A DNA stretch of 46,788 bases, taken from the IMG/VR virus record IMGVR_UViG_2896607866_000013, one strand, 5' to 3'. Position 1 is the stretch's first letter; each line of letters begins with the position of its first letter. Of this stretch, positions 20,254 through 29,441 are shown one piece after another. The position numbers were made by a program, and so were the translations under genes. Under the pieces are notes generated by a model. The model had not been told where the DNA came from. It ran no database searches and was given only the letters and a program-made list of their open reading frames with translations. The stretch comes from a virus (taxonomy: Duplodnaviria; Heunggongvirae; Uroviricota; Caudoviricetes).

Positions 20254-22165
20254 TCACTCCTCCGGACAGCTTCGCTGCCAGTTCTTTAAGGGTTGGCCGG
20301 GTCGTCTCTTCTTCCCGGGATTTTGCCAGTACAGCCAGATCAAGCTGCCAGCGTTGCACGGACACACGTAGTGCCGCGTAGGCATACACCAGGCAGTCCA
20401 GCGCTTCGTTACGCCGCTTTTTGTTATCCCACAGCAGACGCATCTTTCCTTTTTCCCACTTCTCCACAAGCTCTTCCGCGACCAGTTGCTGCGCCTCTGT
20501 CTGCGAAAAAATCTCCGGATCATCAGGAAAACGGATGGCATACGACGTGGCTTCATCCACAGGCGTGGGATCGGCTTTCATACGGGCATAGAGAATTTCT
20601 TTTGCGGTGTCCGTCCCCACTTCACACAGATACACGCCCCGCTGATTGCGGGTTTTTGGCATGGTGATCACCGGCTTGCCATAGACAGATGCGCCTTTTA
20701 CCGGCAGCACCCGGAAAACACCGTGTTTTTTTGACCTCTGATAAACGATTTCGCCATCGATCCCCCCGGTGTCCCAGCAGACACGGGAAATAGTCATTTC
20801 GGTTCCGTCTGCATGGCGGTATTTTTTGTTGATCGCCGCATCCACACGTAACAGCGTCTCTTCCTCATCGGGACGCCCCATAATGATGATTTTATCCACC
20901 AGAAAGGCTTCCTCTCCCGGAGCCCATCCCCAGACATACATCTCAAAACGGTTTCGCTGCGAGTCAATGCCCGCCGTCAGATAAACCACCCGGGCAGGCA
21001 CCGCCGCCGTGTAACGCACAACCTTATCCATCAGTACCTGGTGATCGAGTTTTTCGCCCACAGCCTCTTCCCAGGTCTCGCCCAGCGTGGTGTTCACAAA
21101 GGTTTTCAGGCCGTTGGGATCTTTCAGTGCATCCAGCCAGTCATAGACAATCTGTACCCAGGTGGTGAACGGACTGTACGCCGTCCAGATATGGAAAGTG
21201 ATGGAGCGCGGCGGCGGAATTTCATTACCCGCAGCGCTGAAAAACGTCAGACCGTCACGGGTCCACATGCCCGTGTTTTCACAGATCCACCGCCCGTTAC
21301 TCTGGTCCAGTTCAGACTGATGGATCACGCAGCCATGATGCTCACAGAGGTAGAAAACGCTTTCGGGGCTGTCCTTCTCCCATTTAAGCCCAAAAGGCGT
21401 GGACTCATCGCCAAATTTCAGATACTGCTCCTCCCCACAGTGCGGACAGGGCACATAAAAACGCATGAAGTGTGCCGACTCGTTAGCGGCTTTTTCGATC
21501 TGGCAGGAGCCTTTGATTTTAGGCGTCGAGCCGCGAATGGATTTGGGCCATACAGAGCCCTCAATACGTTTATCCCCCAGCAGGGTTGGCGAACCCTCTT
21601 TTTCAACATCCGGTTCGAACGAGGAAAGCTCGTCATAACAGACCACATCCACGGATTTTTCACGGTAGTTTTTTGCTGCCGCTCCCCCCAGACACCAGAA
21701 ACCCACACCGGAGGAAAAACGCTTCAGGGTGAGGGTATTATCACGATGTTTACGCCCAAACCACGGTGCAAGATCGAGTAAAACCGGCACATCCCTGATC
21801 GTGGGTTCCACATGAGATTTCATAAAATCTTCAGCAGCAGAATCCGTGGGCTGGAAAAGAAGGCTGTTGCGTGATTTATGCTCAATAAAATAAGCCTCCA
21901 CTCCCAGCAACATCTTTGTATAACCAACACGGGCAGATTTAATCAGATTAACAGTGCGGATCCGGTCATTCCCCATGCTGTTCATGATGGCAACCTGAAA
22001 CGGCAGTGTTTCCCACCGCCCCGGGGTGTAAGATGACTCTTTCGGAAGGTAATAATGTCGATCTGCCCACTGAACTGTCGTCAGAGGGACAGGAATTTTT
22101 AGCGCAAGGAGGCCGGTTGCTATCGCTCCTGCAGAATTAGCCGCCCTCAGTTCGTCTGAAATCAT
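20237..22165 (-). CDS. A: Terminase large subunit A
   Basis: Start at [13 protein letters not shown]... aligns with lambda A N-terminus (32 residues before conserved WAD..YYLPKES); overlaps Nu1 end as in lambda. Confidence 0.9.
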
Positions 22166-22685
22166 CAATCCACCTGCGCACATTCTCACCGGCTTCAGAA
22201 GCCACATCGGATGCTTTCGCGATTTCAGTTTTCACAGCATCAAGATGTACGGGTGATATATCAGGGTATTTACGCTGCAGTGTCTGAGGGACACGGACAA
22301 GGATCCCTGATATATTCTGTGCCACTCGCTGAAAGATGTAGGTAAATAACTCCGTCTCGAGGACAAGGCCTTCCTCACGAGCATTTTTCAGCTCCTGTGC
22401 ATCGGCCTGTGCCTTCGTCAGTCGGTAACGTTCGTAATCAATGGTGCCGGGCTGAAGGTCTGATTCGCTGGCAGCCCTCAAATCCTCGATCTCTTTACGG
22501 AGTTTTTCGTTTTCAATATCAGCTTCCCTCTGCGCATACCACTGAATGGCAGCAGTTGTATCAAAAACTGATTCAGTCCCTTTCCCTCCACCAGAAACTA
22601 GTGGTAACCCCTGACTCTGCCAGGCGGTGATGGTCCTGACATCAACGCCAAAAATATCGGCCAGTTTTTTCTTATTGACGTTCAT
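22137..22685 (-). CDS. nu1: Terminase small subunit Nu1
   Basis: 182 aa [28 protein letters not shown]... lambda Nu1-like winged HTH. Confidence 0.9.
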   Translation of the reverse strand: MNVNKKKLADIFGVDVRTITAWQSQGLPLVSGGGKGTESVFDTTAAIQWYAQREADIENEKLRKEIEDLRAASESDLQPGTIDYERYRLTKAQADAQELKNAREEGLVLETELFTYIFQRVAQNISGILVRVPQTLQRKYPDISPVHLDAVKTEIAKASDVASEAGENVRRWIDDFRRTEGG

Positions 22686-22832
22686 ACACTCCCCCGGGAA
22701 CCAGAAAGGATCTGAAAATGGCGTTTTCTAACAAAAACAGCCTTTGTCAGATCCTTTTATATTTTTAAAATTCTATTGATAATCAATCAGTTAAAAAGAA
22801 GAAGAACGGATCTGATTTTTCCCTAAAAATTT

Positions 22833-22925
22833 TCATAAATAGCGAAAACCCGCGAGGTCGCCGCCCCGTAACGGCCCGGATCGCCGGAAAGGACCCGCAA
22901 AAATGATAATGGTTATCATTTTCAA
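22833..22925 (-). other. cos: cos site (cosQ-cosN-cosB); cosN cohesive end at 22855-22866
   Basis: Reverse complement reads GGGCGGCGACCTCGCGGGTTTTCGCTATTTATGAAAATTTT (lambda left end) joined to a lambda right-end-like sequence; 10-bp perfect inverted repeat at 22900-22922 on the cosQ side. Confidence 0.85.
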
Positions 22926-23119
22926 TGTAGTCCGGTTTCTTCCACCATCGCACCGGACAGGCGACTATGAGGGGACAACGCCGCGCTCCGTTAACGCGGT
23001 AAACCCCGGTGTGTATCGTTTTTGATTATCCCCGCACACTCGCGCAGAGGAGTCTCCCGGTCGGGCTGCGGTCTCTGTTAATGCGGGGATACGGCGACAA
23101 TACCGCGCATCAGCAAAAC

Positions 23120-23587
23120 TTATTTCAGGCACTGAGTGCGGATATATTCCTGCGCCACTTCCAGCTGCTTCTGCATCAGCATCAACCGCTCTCTGAGAGT
23201 GAAATAATCCCGTTCAGCGGTGTCTGCCAGTCGGGGGCCGGTTGCATTATCCACGCCGGAGGTGGTGGGGGCTTCACGCACGGTACCGGGGCAGGTGGCG
23301 TTGATCCGCAGGCGCTTACGACCAGCGGCAACGTCAGCGCGCAGAGTTTCATTTTCAGCTCTCGCATCGGCTAATTCCCTCGAGTATCTGGCATCAAGTG
23401 CAGCAACATCACGCTGGCGCTGCTGCATATCAGTAATGGTTGCATTTGCCTGCTCCAGCTCACTGACTTTTTTATCGCGCTGCTCTTTGTAGGTTATGGC
23501 GTTATCACGGTAATGATTCAGCCCCAGACTAAGCGCACCACAGGCCACCAGCAGGGCAATGATGACCACGCACAGTACGCGGTTCAT
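23120..23587 (-). CDS. Rz: Rz i-spanin
   Basis: 155 aa, N-terminal TM segment, coiled-coil periplasmic domain; lambda Rz-like. Confidence 0.85.
   Translation of the reverse strand: MNRVLCVVIIALLVACGALSLGLNHYRDNAITYKEQRDKKVSELEQANATITDMQQRQRDVAALDARYSRELADARAENETLRADVAAGRKRLRINATCPGTVREAPTTSGVDNATGPRLADTAERDYFTLRERLMLMQKQLEVAQEYIRTQCLK
23182..23367 (-). CDS. Rz1: Rz1 o-spanin lipoprotein (embedded in Rz, +1 frame)
   Basis: 61 aa with lipobox ...LVVSAC and proline-rich CVKPPPPPAWIMQP motif as in lambda Rz1. Confidence 0.8.
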   Translation of the reverse strand: MRELKMKLCALTLPLVVSACGSTPPAPVPCVKPPPPPAWIMQPAPDWQTPLNGIISLSESG

Positions 23588-23588
23588 T

Positions 23589-23687
23589 TCACCACCAGCG
23601 TATCTGACCGATGAAATAACCGGAGGCCATAATCACAAACACCAGCCAGATAAGAATGAACTTCCAGGTGGATAATTTTTCAGCCAT
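23589..23687 (-). CDS. Candidate small membrane peptide (32 aa) between endolysin and Rz
   Basis: ATG at 23687 with GGGAGA SD; MAEKLSTWKFILIWLVFVIMASGYFIGQIRWW; its TGA stop lies 1 nt before the Rz ATG. Confidence 0.35.
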   Translation of the reverse strand: MAEKLSTWKFILIWLVFVIMASGYFIGQIRWW

Positions 23688-23762
23688 CACTCGAATCTCC
23701 CGAATCAGTTTGCTAAAATCAAACACACTTTCTCCTTTGACTTTTCCAGAGTCAGGAAACAC

Positions 23763-23800
23763 AAAACCCCGCTTGCAGCCAACAAACGGGGTTTTTACTT
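23763..23800. terminator. Bidirectional terminator-like hairpin between endolysin and the small ORF
   Basis: AAAACCCCG...CGGGGTTTTT; T-runs on both strands. Confidence 0.35.
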
Positions 23801-23885
23801 TTATTCACTTAGTTTTTGTCAGTTCGCAGGATTTCGTGTTATCCGTCCGTGTGAGCAAACCGCATTTTTCAGCAAAATATTCTGC

Positions 23886-24419
23886 TTATCTGTCGATACC
23901 CCAGCACGCCAGCGCACTTTCCTGGTCTCGCCGGGATACCTGACCGTAGCAATTATTTGAGCGGATACGGCAGTCTCTGCCACCGTCCTTAATCCACCAG
24001 CGAATCGCTTCGCATGCTCCCCTGCGGTCACCAGCATTAATCCGTCTGTAAAACGTCGACGGGAAACACTTACCGGGGCCAATGTTATAGGGACAAAATG
24101 ACGCGATACCCGCTTTCTGGGGTTCGGTCAGCGGCACTTTAATATTGCGCTCCACCCATGCCAGCGCCTTATCACGCTCAATGGCGTTGACCTGGTCGCA
24201 TTTTTCCTTCGACAACTTCATGCCCGGGACGACAGGTTTACTATCCACCAGGATGGCACCGCGGCAGATGGTCCAGATACCCGCGCCATCACGGTATGCC
24301 GTGGTGTGGTTACCTTCCTTTTCATCCAGAAACTGGTCGAGGATTTCAGGCGCAGGCGCACCTGCGGCAATCAGCGCCAGAACGGCAGCCGACAGGCCGT
24401 ATTTGATTTTGGTGTTCAT
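23886..24419 (-). CDS. R: SAR endolysin (phage lysozyme, R21/RrrQ-like)
   Basis: 177 aa; N-terminal SAR-like hydrophobic segment GLSAAVLALIAAGA; lysozyme-like core. Confidence 0.8.
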   Translation of the reverse strand: MNTKIKYGLSAAVLALIAAGAPAPEILDQFLDEKEGNHTTAYRDGAGIWTICRGAILVDSKPVVPGMKLSKEKCDQVNAIERDKALAWVERNIKVPLTEPQKAGIASFCPYNIGPGKCFPSTFYRRINAGDRRGACEAIRWWIKDGGRDCRIRSNNCYGQVSRRDQESALACWGIDR

Positions 24420-24469
24420 GGATATTTATCAGGGTTTATCGATTTCAAATCCCTGGATATGTTAAGTCT

Positions 24470-24814
24470 TCAGGCCAGCGGTGGAGTCTTCAGAGAACCA
24501 GTAATTATTCCCGGTAGTTTTCCTCTGTAGGTTATCAACACATCCTGCGCCTCTAAAATTACGGGGCGCTTTTCCGGCAACGGACCATCCCCTTCACATA
24601 ACCCGGCAGCAACATCCATGAAAAACTGCTTCGCCTGCTTTTTCGCCTCAGCTTCGTAAAACTCCAGCGTGGCATCTTCAGTACGGTCAAGACTAATCGC
24701 CACATCTGGCAACAACAGTGACGGATACCCACCAATTTCCAGTGCCACAGTAACAGTAATCTTATTCGGGTAATTATTTATCCCTTTAACAACCAGTTCG
24801 TATTTTTTCTTCAT
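24470..24814 (-). CDS. Hypothetical protein between holin and endolysin (YdfR/DUF1327-like by position)
   Basis: 114-aa ORF, no TM segment; same position as ydfR between essQ and rrrQ in the K-12 Qin prophage (recalled). Confidence 0.45.
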   Translation of the reverse strand: MKKKYELVVKGINNYPNKITVTVALEIGGYPSLLLPDVAISLDRTEDATLEFYEAEAKKQAKQFFMDVAAGLCEGDGPLPEKRPVILEAQDVLITYRGKLPGIITGSLKTPPLA

Positions 24815-24818
24815 CGCT

Positions 24819-25034
24819 TTACTCTCCCCGCGCCGCCTTACGACGGTCCTCTCTGATTTTGAAATACAGGTTAGTCAGATATGTCAGCAGCCCAAACAGC
24901 AGACTCCCCAGCACGCCTATTGCCGCCCACTGAGACGGGGAAACCCTGTCCAGCAACTGCAGGAACCAGTAGCCCGTTCCCACCGCTGACGTGGTGTATG
25001 ACACACCTGTTGTGATTTTTTCCATCTGGTACAT
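24819..25034 (-). CDS. S: Class II holin (S21-like pinholin)
   Basis: 71 aa from ATG 25034 (GGGAGA SD); ...[52 protein letters not shown] matches phage 21 S; second in-frame ATG at 25025. Confidence 0.85.
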   Translation of the reverse strand: MYQMEKITTGVSYTTSAVGTGYWFLQLLDRVSPSQWAAIGVLGSLLFGLLTYLTNLYFKIREDRRKAARGE

Positions 25035-25066
25035 ACCCCGTCTCCCGTTATCCGGAAGCTGACAAC

Positions 25067-25100
25067 AATAAAAAAAGCCACCAGTTAAGTACTGATGGCT
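25067..25100 (-). terminator. Intrinsic terminator between nanS-p-like gene and holin
   Basis: AGCCACCAG-loop-CTGATGGCT followed by U-run on - strand. Confidence 0.45.
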
Positions 25101-25184
25101 CTGATAACTCATGCAGGCGTCTCAGACGACCCACTGACACTACCGGTGAGTTTAACGATACCTTCCATTTGACTGGCTCACTTT

Positions 25185-27038
25185 TTATGATGATGCCGGT
25201 GCATTTATCTCCAGCACCAGACTTTCTATCTCAACGCCATACGCTGCATTTTTTGTAACATCCGTCAGCGTCAACGCATTCAGTCCCAGTGTCAGACTGT
25301 CTTTTATGACCTGGAATGCCGGGCCAGCCACTCCATTCAGTTTCGGAGTAACCGTGGCACTGCCGGCGGTGAACACCAGCTCCAGCGTCTGCCAGTCGTT
25401 ACTGTAATTCCCGAACTCGCCCAACTTTGTGTTTCCGGCTTTCTTGTGATGCATCAGATTCAGTTTGCCGTCTGTGGTCTGGGTGAAGAACGACATCAGG
25501 AACGGGTTACCAGTCCCGGTCATCGCCACGACGTCAGGTAACGCTACATCGGTATACAGATAAATTCCCAGACCGAACTGGTTGTTGGTCAGTGCGCCTG
25601 ACAGTCGAAACTTACAGCTCAGTCTGCCACCCCGTGTCAGCAGGGAGACTGCGTCATCCACCGGATGCATCAGGGACCAGGTTTTATTGCTCTGCTTGGC
25701 GATCTTAAATACACCACCCGACAACTGAATTCCGCCGTCCTTAATGGTCCAGCCCTGCGCAGCAGCCTCTCCGGCTGTCGGCAGCAGGGAGATTGTGCGT
25801 ACGGATGCATCTTCAGGCGGCCCCGATGGCGTGTCGCCGCCGGGCGAGGGTTTGATTTCCGGTGCCTTACCACTGATGAAGGCTGAGGTGCGCCCGGCTG
25901 CGTTCAGAATAGCGGTTGCCATACGATCCGGAATAATGCTCCTGCGCGCCCATGAACTGAAATGTGTCGGGCGGTTTGATGATACCTGGTTTCCATTCGT
26001 TCTCGATGCCGCACCGTAATATCCTGATGCCGGAATATCCGGATCTTCTGCCGGCGCGTTAGTGGCGGTATTGACGCCGTTACCGTCTGTCATGAAGGGC
26101 ACAAAATAAACGCCCTCACTCTCCCTGTTTTTGTACGCCCCGTAAATGGTGTTGTACTGCGTGCCGTAGGTGTTTTTCCAGTAATACGTCGTGTCACCAC
26201 AAATCCACGGCACATTTACAGCACTGCCACCATGACACTGCGCGTTAAACACAGTGAGGTCAGCACGAAACTGCTTCAGCATGGCTGTAAACAGCGCAGG
26301 TTGCTGTGCGTAGGTGGCGGCGCTCATGTCAAACTCTCCCTGCATCCAGCACACCGCCAGCAACACATTTTTCGGGTTCTTCTGTAATGCAGCTTTAGTG
26401 CGCGCAATCAGGTCCTGATATAACGGTTTACCCACACCCCAGCGCGCCGAATCCTGGCTGGCCCCCGCGTCCGCACTGAATGTCCCCTCCGCGCCCTGGG
26501 TGAATGCCGAACCACCACGACAGCATGGTACCAGCAGGATCCCCGCGTTATTCGGGATATACGGGAGCAGTTTTTTGGCAATATGTAAGCCCTGGCCGAC
26601 ACAGCCGTACTGCCCTTTGCTCAGGTCTGCCTTCGGATGATTCAGCGTACTCATATCCTGCACATCATGCAGACAGTGGTCAGCCGGGATGATGTCGTTA
26701 TACGTACAACTCTCTCCACCCGGAGTTACCGTGCTGCGGCGCGCCAGCTGTTTAATGCGCGGATCCGGAGCATCGTAAGAATCCGGTAACGGAAGCCCTT
26801 CACCGTAGGCCATGCCGTTGGACTGTCCGGCAAGCACAACCACGTAGAACCAGTCCGGCTCAGATGAAGGGCCGACCTGTGGATCTCCTTCAATAGCCAC
26901 CGCCTGCATCAGTGTGTACGGCGTAATGGCAACCGGTCCGCCATATGGCTGCCAGCCCTCTTTCAGTTTGTGTGTCAGCTTTTCCGCAAGGTCTGACGGC
27001 GACGCCGCCCTGACAACATCATAGTGTTTAAATGCCAT
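25185..27038 (-). CDS. Prophage sialate O-acetylesterase (NanS-p-like, SGNH/DUF303 hydrolase)
   Basis: 617 aa; GQSNG catalytic-Ser motif near N-terminus; same position (downstream of Q-tRNA region, upstream of lysis genes) as the large esterase ORF of Stx phages. Confidence 0.7.
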   Translation of the reverse strand: MAFKHYDVVRAASPSDLAEKLTHKLKEGWQPYGGPVAITPYTLMQAVAIEGDPQVGPSSEPDWFYVVVLAGQSNGMAYGEGLPLPDSYDAPDPRIKQLARRSTVTPGGESCTYNDIIPADHCLHDVQDMSTLNHPKADLSKGQYGCVGQGLHIAKKLLPYIPNNAGILLVPCCRGGSAFTQGAEGTFSADAGASQDSARWGVGKPLYQDLIARTKAALQKNPKNVLLAVCWMQGEFDMSAATYAQQPALFTAMLKQFRADLTVFNAQCHGGSAVNVPWICGDTTYYWKNTYGTQYNTIYGAYKNRESEGVYFVPFMTDGNGVNTATNAPAEDPDIPASGYYGAASRTNGNQVSSNRPTHFSSWARRSIIPDRMATAILNAAGRTSAFISGKAPEIKPSPGGDTPSGPPEDASVRTISLLPTAGEAAAQGWTIKDGGIQLSGGVFKIAKQSNKTWSLMHPVDDAVSLLTRGGRLSCKFRLSGALTNNQFGLGIYLYTDVALPDVVAMTGTGNPFLMSFFTQTTDGKLNLMHHKKAGNTKLGEFGNYSNDWQTLELVFTAGSATVTPKLNGVAGPAFQVIKDSLTLGLNALTLTDVTKNAAYGVEIESLVLEINAPASS

Positions 27039-27232
27039 GAATCCTCCCGGCCGGGATAATATTGTGAGTAAAATGAGGAGCGGGCTGAAGTCCGGAAGTT
27101 ACAGGACAATGGCAGAAGAGAGACAACAGCCCGCAATACGAAAAAGGCCGCGCTATTGCGCAGAGTGATTACTGTCGGATATTATTCGCCAGCTGAAATA
27201 TTACTTCACGTTTTGTTGTTTATTCCTTGCCG

Positions 27233-27260
27233 CCCGCGTCTCCCAGCGCGGGCTTTTTTT
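27233..27260 (+). terminator. + strand terminator-like hairpin in the tRNA/nanS-p spacer
   Basis: CCCGCG-loop-CGCGGG followed by CTTTTTTT on + strand. Confidence 0.4.
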
Positions 27261-27487
27261 GTCCATAAGAAAGCCCCTCCGGAGAGGGGCTGGAGAGTGG
27301 CGCTATGTGCCATTGCATGGTGCCGGGTGCCTCCCGGTGAATTCAGTACCAGCACCTGAATCCGCGATTATCCCATATACCTACTCGCTGATTGCCCCTC
27401 CGCACAGGGGGATTCACCATGCCAGTTTCTTTTAACAAACTCCCCGCAAAACAGACAACTGTCAACCGTCTGAATTGTGAGACATTT

Positions 27488-27512
27488 AAAAAAAGGCCCG
27501 CAAAAGCGAGCC
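27488..27512 (-). terminator. Intrinsic terminator downstream of tRNA cluster
   Basis: GGCUCGC-UUUU-GCGGGCC hairpin followed by UUUUUUU on - strand. Confidence 0.5.
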
Positions 27513-27526
27513 GGGAAAAATAAGTC

Positions 27527-27603
27527 TGGCGCGTTGTACTGGATTCGAACCAGTGACCGATTGCTTAGAAGGCAATTGCTCTGTCCGGCTGAGCTAACAA
27601 CGC
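27527..27603 (-). tRNA. argO: tRNA-Arg (anticodon UCU)
   Basis: 77 nt; 7-bp acceptor stem GCGTTGT/ACAACGC, anticodon loop CTTCTAA, TTCGAAT T-loop, CCA end. Confidence 0.85.
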
Positions 27604-27616
27604 AGGGTACAGATAA

Positions 27617-27693
27617 TGGACCGCCATCGAGGACTCGAACCCCGCGCAACCAGCTTCGAAGGCTGGCGCTCTATCCCGATGAGCTAATGGCGG
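27617..27693 (-). tRNA. argN: tRNA-Arg (anticodon UCG)
   Basis: 77 nt; acceptor CCGCCAT/ATGGCGG, anticodon loop CTTCGAA, TTCGAGT T-loop, CCA end. Confidence 0.75.
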
Positions 27694-27702
27694 TATGTGA
27701 TA

Positions 27703-27778
27703 TGGTGGCCCTTGCTGGATTTGAACCAGCGACCTGGCGATTATGAGTCGCTCGCTCTCACCACTGAGCTAAAGGGCC
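27703..27778 (-). tRNA. ileZ: tRNA with CAU anticodon (Ile2/ileX-like, or Met)
   Basis: 76 nt GGCCCTTTAGCTCAGTGG...ACTCATAATCG...GGGCCACCA; close to recalled E. coli ileX; ileZ-argN-argO order as in Stx-type phages. Confidence 0.8.
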
Positions 27779-27827
27779 GCGCGCAGAATAATAACGTTAC
27801 GGAATTAATACTGCAATCTCATCCGTT

Positions 27828-28877
27828 TCAAACGATTAAATCCTGAACTTCCCTGACTGTCTGCTCAAAACGTCCGGTCTCCAGCTCAACACCAATCGCA
27901 CGACGCCCCAGTGCCATCGCCGCTTTTACCGTTGAACCCGACCCCATGAAAAAATCCGCAACCAGATCACCAGGACGACTACTTGCGCTGATTATCTGCT
28001 GCAGCATTTCTGCCGGTTTTTCGCACGGATGTTTCCCTGGATAGTACTGCACCGGTTTATACGTCCACACATCGGTGTACGGCACCTGCACCGTCACACC
28101 GAAATACCGCCGCAAATTTTTATATTCACTCAGCAGTTCCATATACTGCCGGTTCAGCTCACTGTATGTGCTGACCAGCTGGTGGTGTGGCTTTTCCAGT
28201 TCCCCGCGCTGATGTTTCTCTTCTGCCACCCGGGCAAACAGCGACTGTAATTTCAGATAATCGCTTTCGTTCGGTAGCTGCCACTGACTGGCACTGAACC
28301 AGTGCGGCACCATGTTTTTCTTTCCTGTGGCATCTGCAATCTGTTTTGCCGTTATCCCCAGGGCAGCGCGCGCATCACGAAAGTAAGCAATCAGCGGGGC
28401 CATCACATGCTGTTTCAGTGCCCTGCCCTTCGCCTCATACCCGGCATCTTTCGGACGATACGGCCCCTGATAATGTTCCGCGAACAGAATGCGCTCTGTG
28501 GCGGGGAAATACGCCCGCAGGCTTTCCTTGTTGCATCCGTTCCAGCGTCCGGACGGCTTCGCCCAGATAATATGGTTCAGCACACTGAAGCGTTCACGCA
28601 TCATGATTTCGATATCAGATGCCAGGCGATGACCACAGAACAGGTAAAGACTTCCGGCAGGTTTCAGCACCCGCCAGAACTGCGCCAGACACTGGTCCAG
28701 CCACTTCAGGTAATCATCGTCGCCCTTCCACTGGTTATCCCAGCCCTCAGGCTTCACTTTAAAGTACGGCGGGTCCGTGACTATCAGGTCAACAGAATTT
28801 TCGGGTAACGACCGGATAAATTCCAGGCAGTCGGCGTTGATTAACTCACAACTGGATATTTTTACAGTATTAGCCAT
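27828..28877 (-). CDS. Orphan DNA methyltransferase (N6-adenine/N4-cytosine, beta class)
   Basis: 349 aa; motif IV TDPPYF precedes motif I FFMGSGST; no adjacent restriction gene. Confidence 0.75.
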   Translation of the reverse strand: MANTVKISSCELINADCLEFIRSLPENSVDLIVTDPPYFKVKPEGWDNQWKGDDDYLKWLDQCLAQFWRVLKPAGSLYLFCGHRLASDIEIMMRERFSVLNHIIWAKPSGRWNGCNKESLRAYFPATERILFAEHYQGPYRPKDAGYEAKGRALKQHVMAPLIAYFRDARAALGITAKQIADATGKKNMVPHWFSASQWQLPNESDYLKLQSLFARVAEEKHQRGELEKPHHQLVSTYSELNRQYMELLSEYKNLRRYFGVTVQVPYTDVWTYKPVQYYPGKHPCEKPAEMLQQIISASSRPGDLVADFFMGSGSTVKAAMALGRRAIGVELETGRFEQTVREVQDLIV

Positions 28878-28971
28878 AGATCAATAAGCACTTCTCTGAT
28901 AGGCTCATACCGCTTTTGCGCAAAGCAGATGGGCCTGAGGTTTGCTTGTGACCCCAACGCATGAGCAGATG

Positions 28972-29000
28972 GCTGGTGGGTGCCCCTAACACCCACCAGC
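28972..29000. repeat. Perfect 11-bp inverted repeat (7-nt loop) upstream of the methylase gene
   Basis: GCTGGTGGGTG-CCCCTAA-CACCCACCAGC; no U-tract on either strand. Confidence 0.6.
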
Positions 29001-29011
29001 CGCCCATTTAC

Positions 29012-29042
29012 CACAAATAAAAAAGCCTTCACTGCGGAAGGC
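29012..29042 (-). terminator. Intrinsic terminator at the stop of the small post-Q ORF
   Basis: GCCUUC-CGCAGU-GAAGGC followed by UUUUUUAUUUG on - strand. Confidence 0.55.
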
Positions 29043-29226
29043 GTCTGTAACAACCGAACTGATAGTCTGCCAGACCCGCCATAACCAGCTGGGTCAGTAT
29101 TAACTGGCAGCGTTCGCGTGAAAGGTAAGTATTCTGCGCAATCTCCCCGACTGTCGCCGGTTCGGTGACGCTTAATTCATTAAACACCACTCTGGCGGTT
29201 TCTGTCATATCCTGCTGTTTCAGCAT
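29029..29226 (-). CDS. Hypothetical small protein (about 65 aa), first ORF after tR'
   Basis: ATG at 29226 with AAGGGA SD (MLKQQDMTETARVVFNELSVTEPATVGEIAQNTYLSRERCQLILTQL...); HTH-like by composition only. Confidence 0.45.
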   Translation of the reverse strand: MLKQQDMTETARVVFNELSVTEPATVGEIAQNTYLSRERCQLILTQLVMAGLADYQFGCYRRLPQ

Positions 29227-29348
29227 GTCTTTTTCCCTTTTTCGGTTAACGTGACACACCAATAACTCTTGTCGAAAAAGCCAGCAAGCTGAAAGACAGG
29301 TATTCACCGCCACCAGCACGTTTACTGTACTGGACCGATTTCAGCCAT

Positions 29349-29373
29349 AAAAAAACCCGCTCGCGGCGGGTTT
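29349..29373 (-). terminator. tR'-like intrinsic terminator about 70 nt downstream of Q
   Basis: AAACCCGC-CGCGA-GCGGGUUU followed by UUUUUUU; position matches pR'-qut-tR' of lambdoid late control. Confidence 0.6.
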
Positions 29374-29441
29374 AAGCTGTGTGGCGAAGTAACCACTCTT
29401 AACATACTGACATACTTTTTGCGGACCGCACTAATCATTTT

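Noticed and set aside
23656-23943. 95-aa + strand ORF in the endolysin-Rz gap
   Set aside because: Reads through the bidirectional hairpin and into the endolysin gene antisense; the 32-codon - strand ORF is a better explanation of the gap.
27039-27526. Shiga toxin genes
   Set aside because: Expected position in this phage architecture, but the interval is only ~490 bp with no ORF of StxA or StxB size.
28916-28923. TTGCGCAA palindrome upstream of the late methylase as an extra repressor operator
   Set aside because: Only the 8-bp core, not the full TTGC-N7-GCAA site; a single 8-mer is expected by chance in a window this size.
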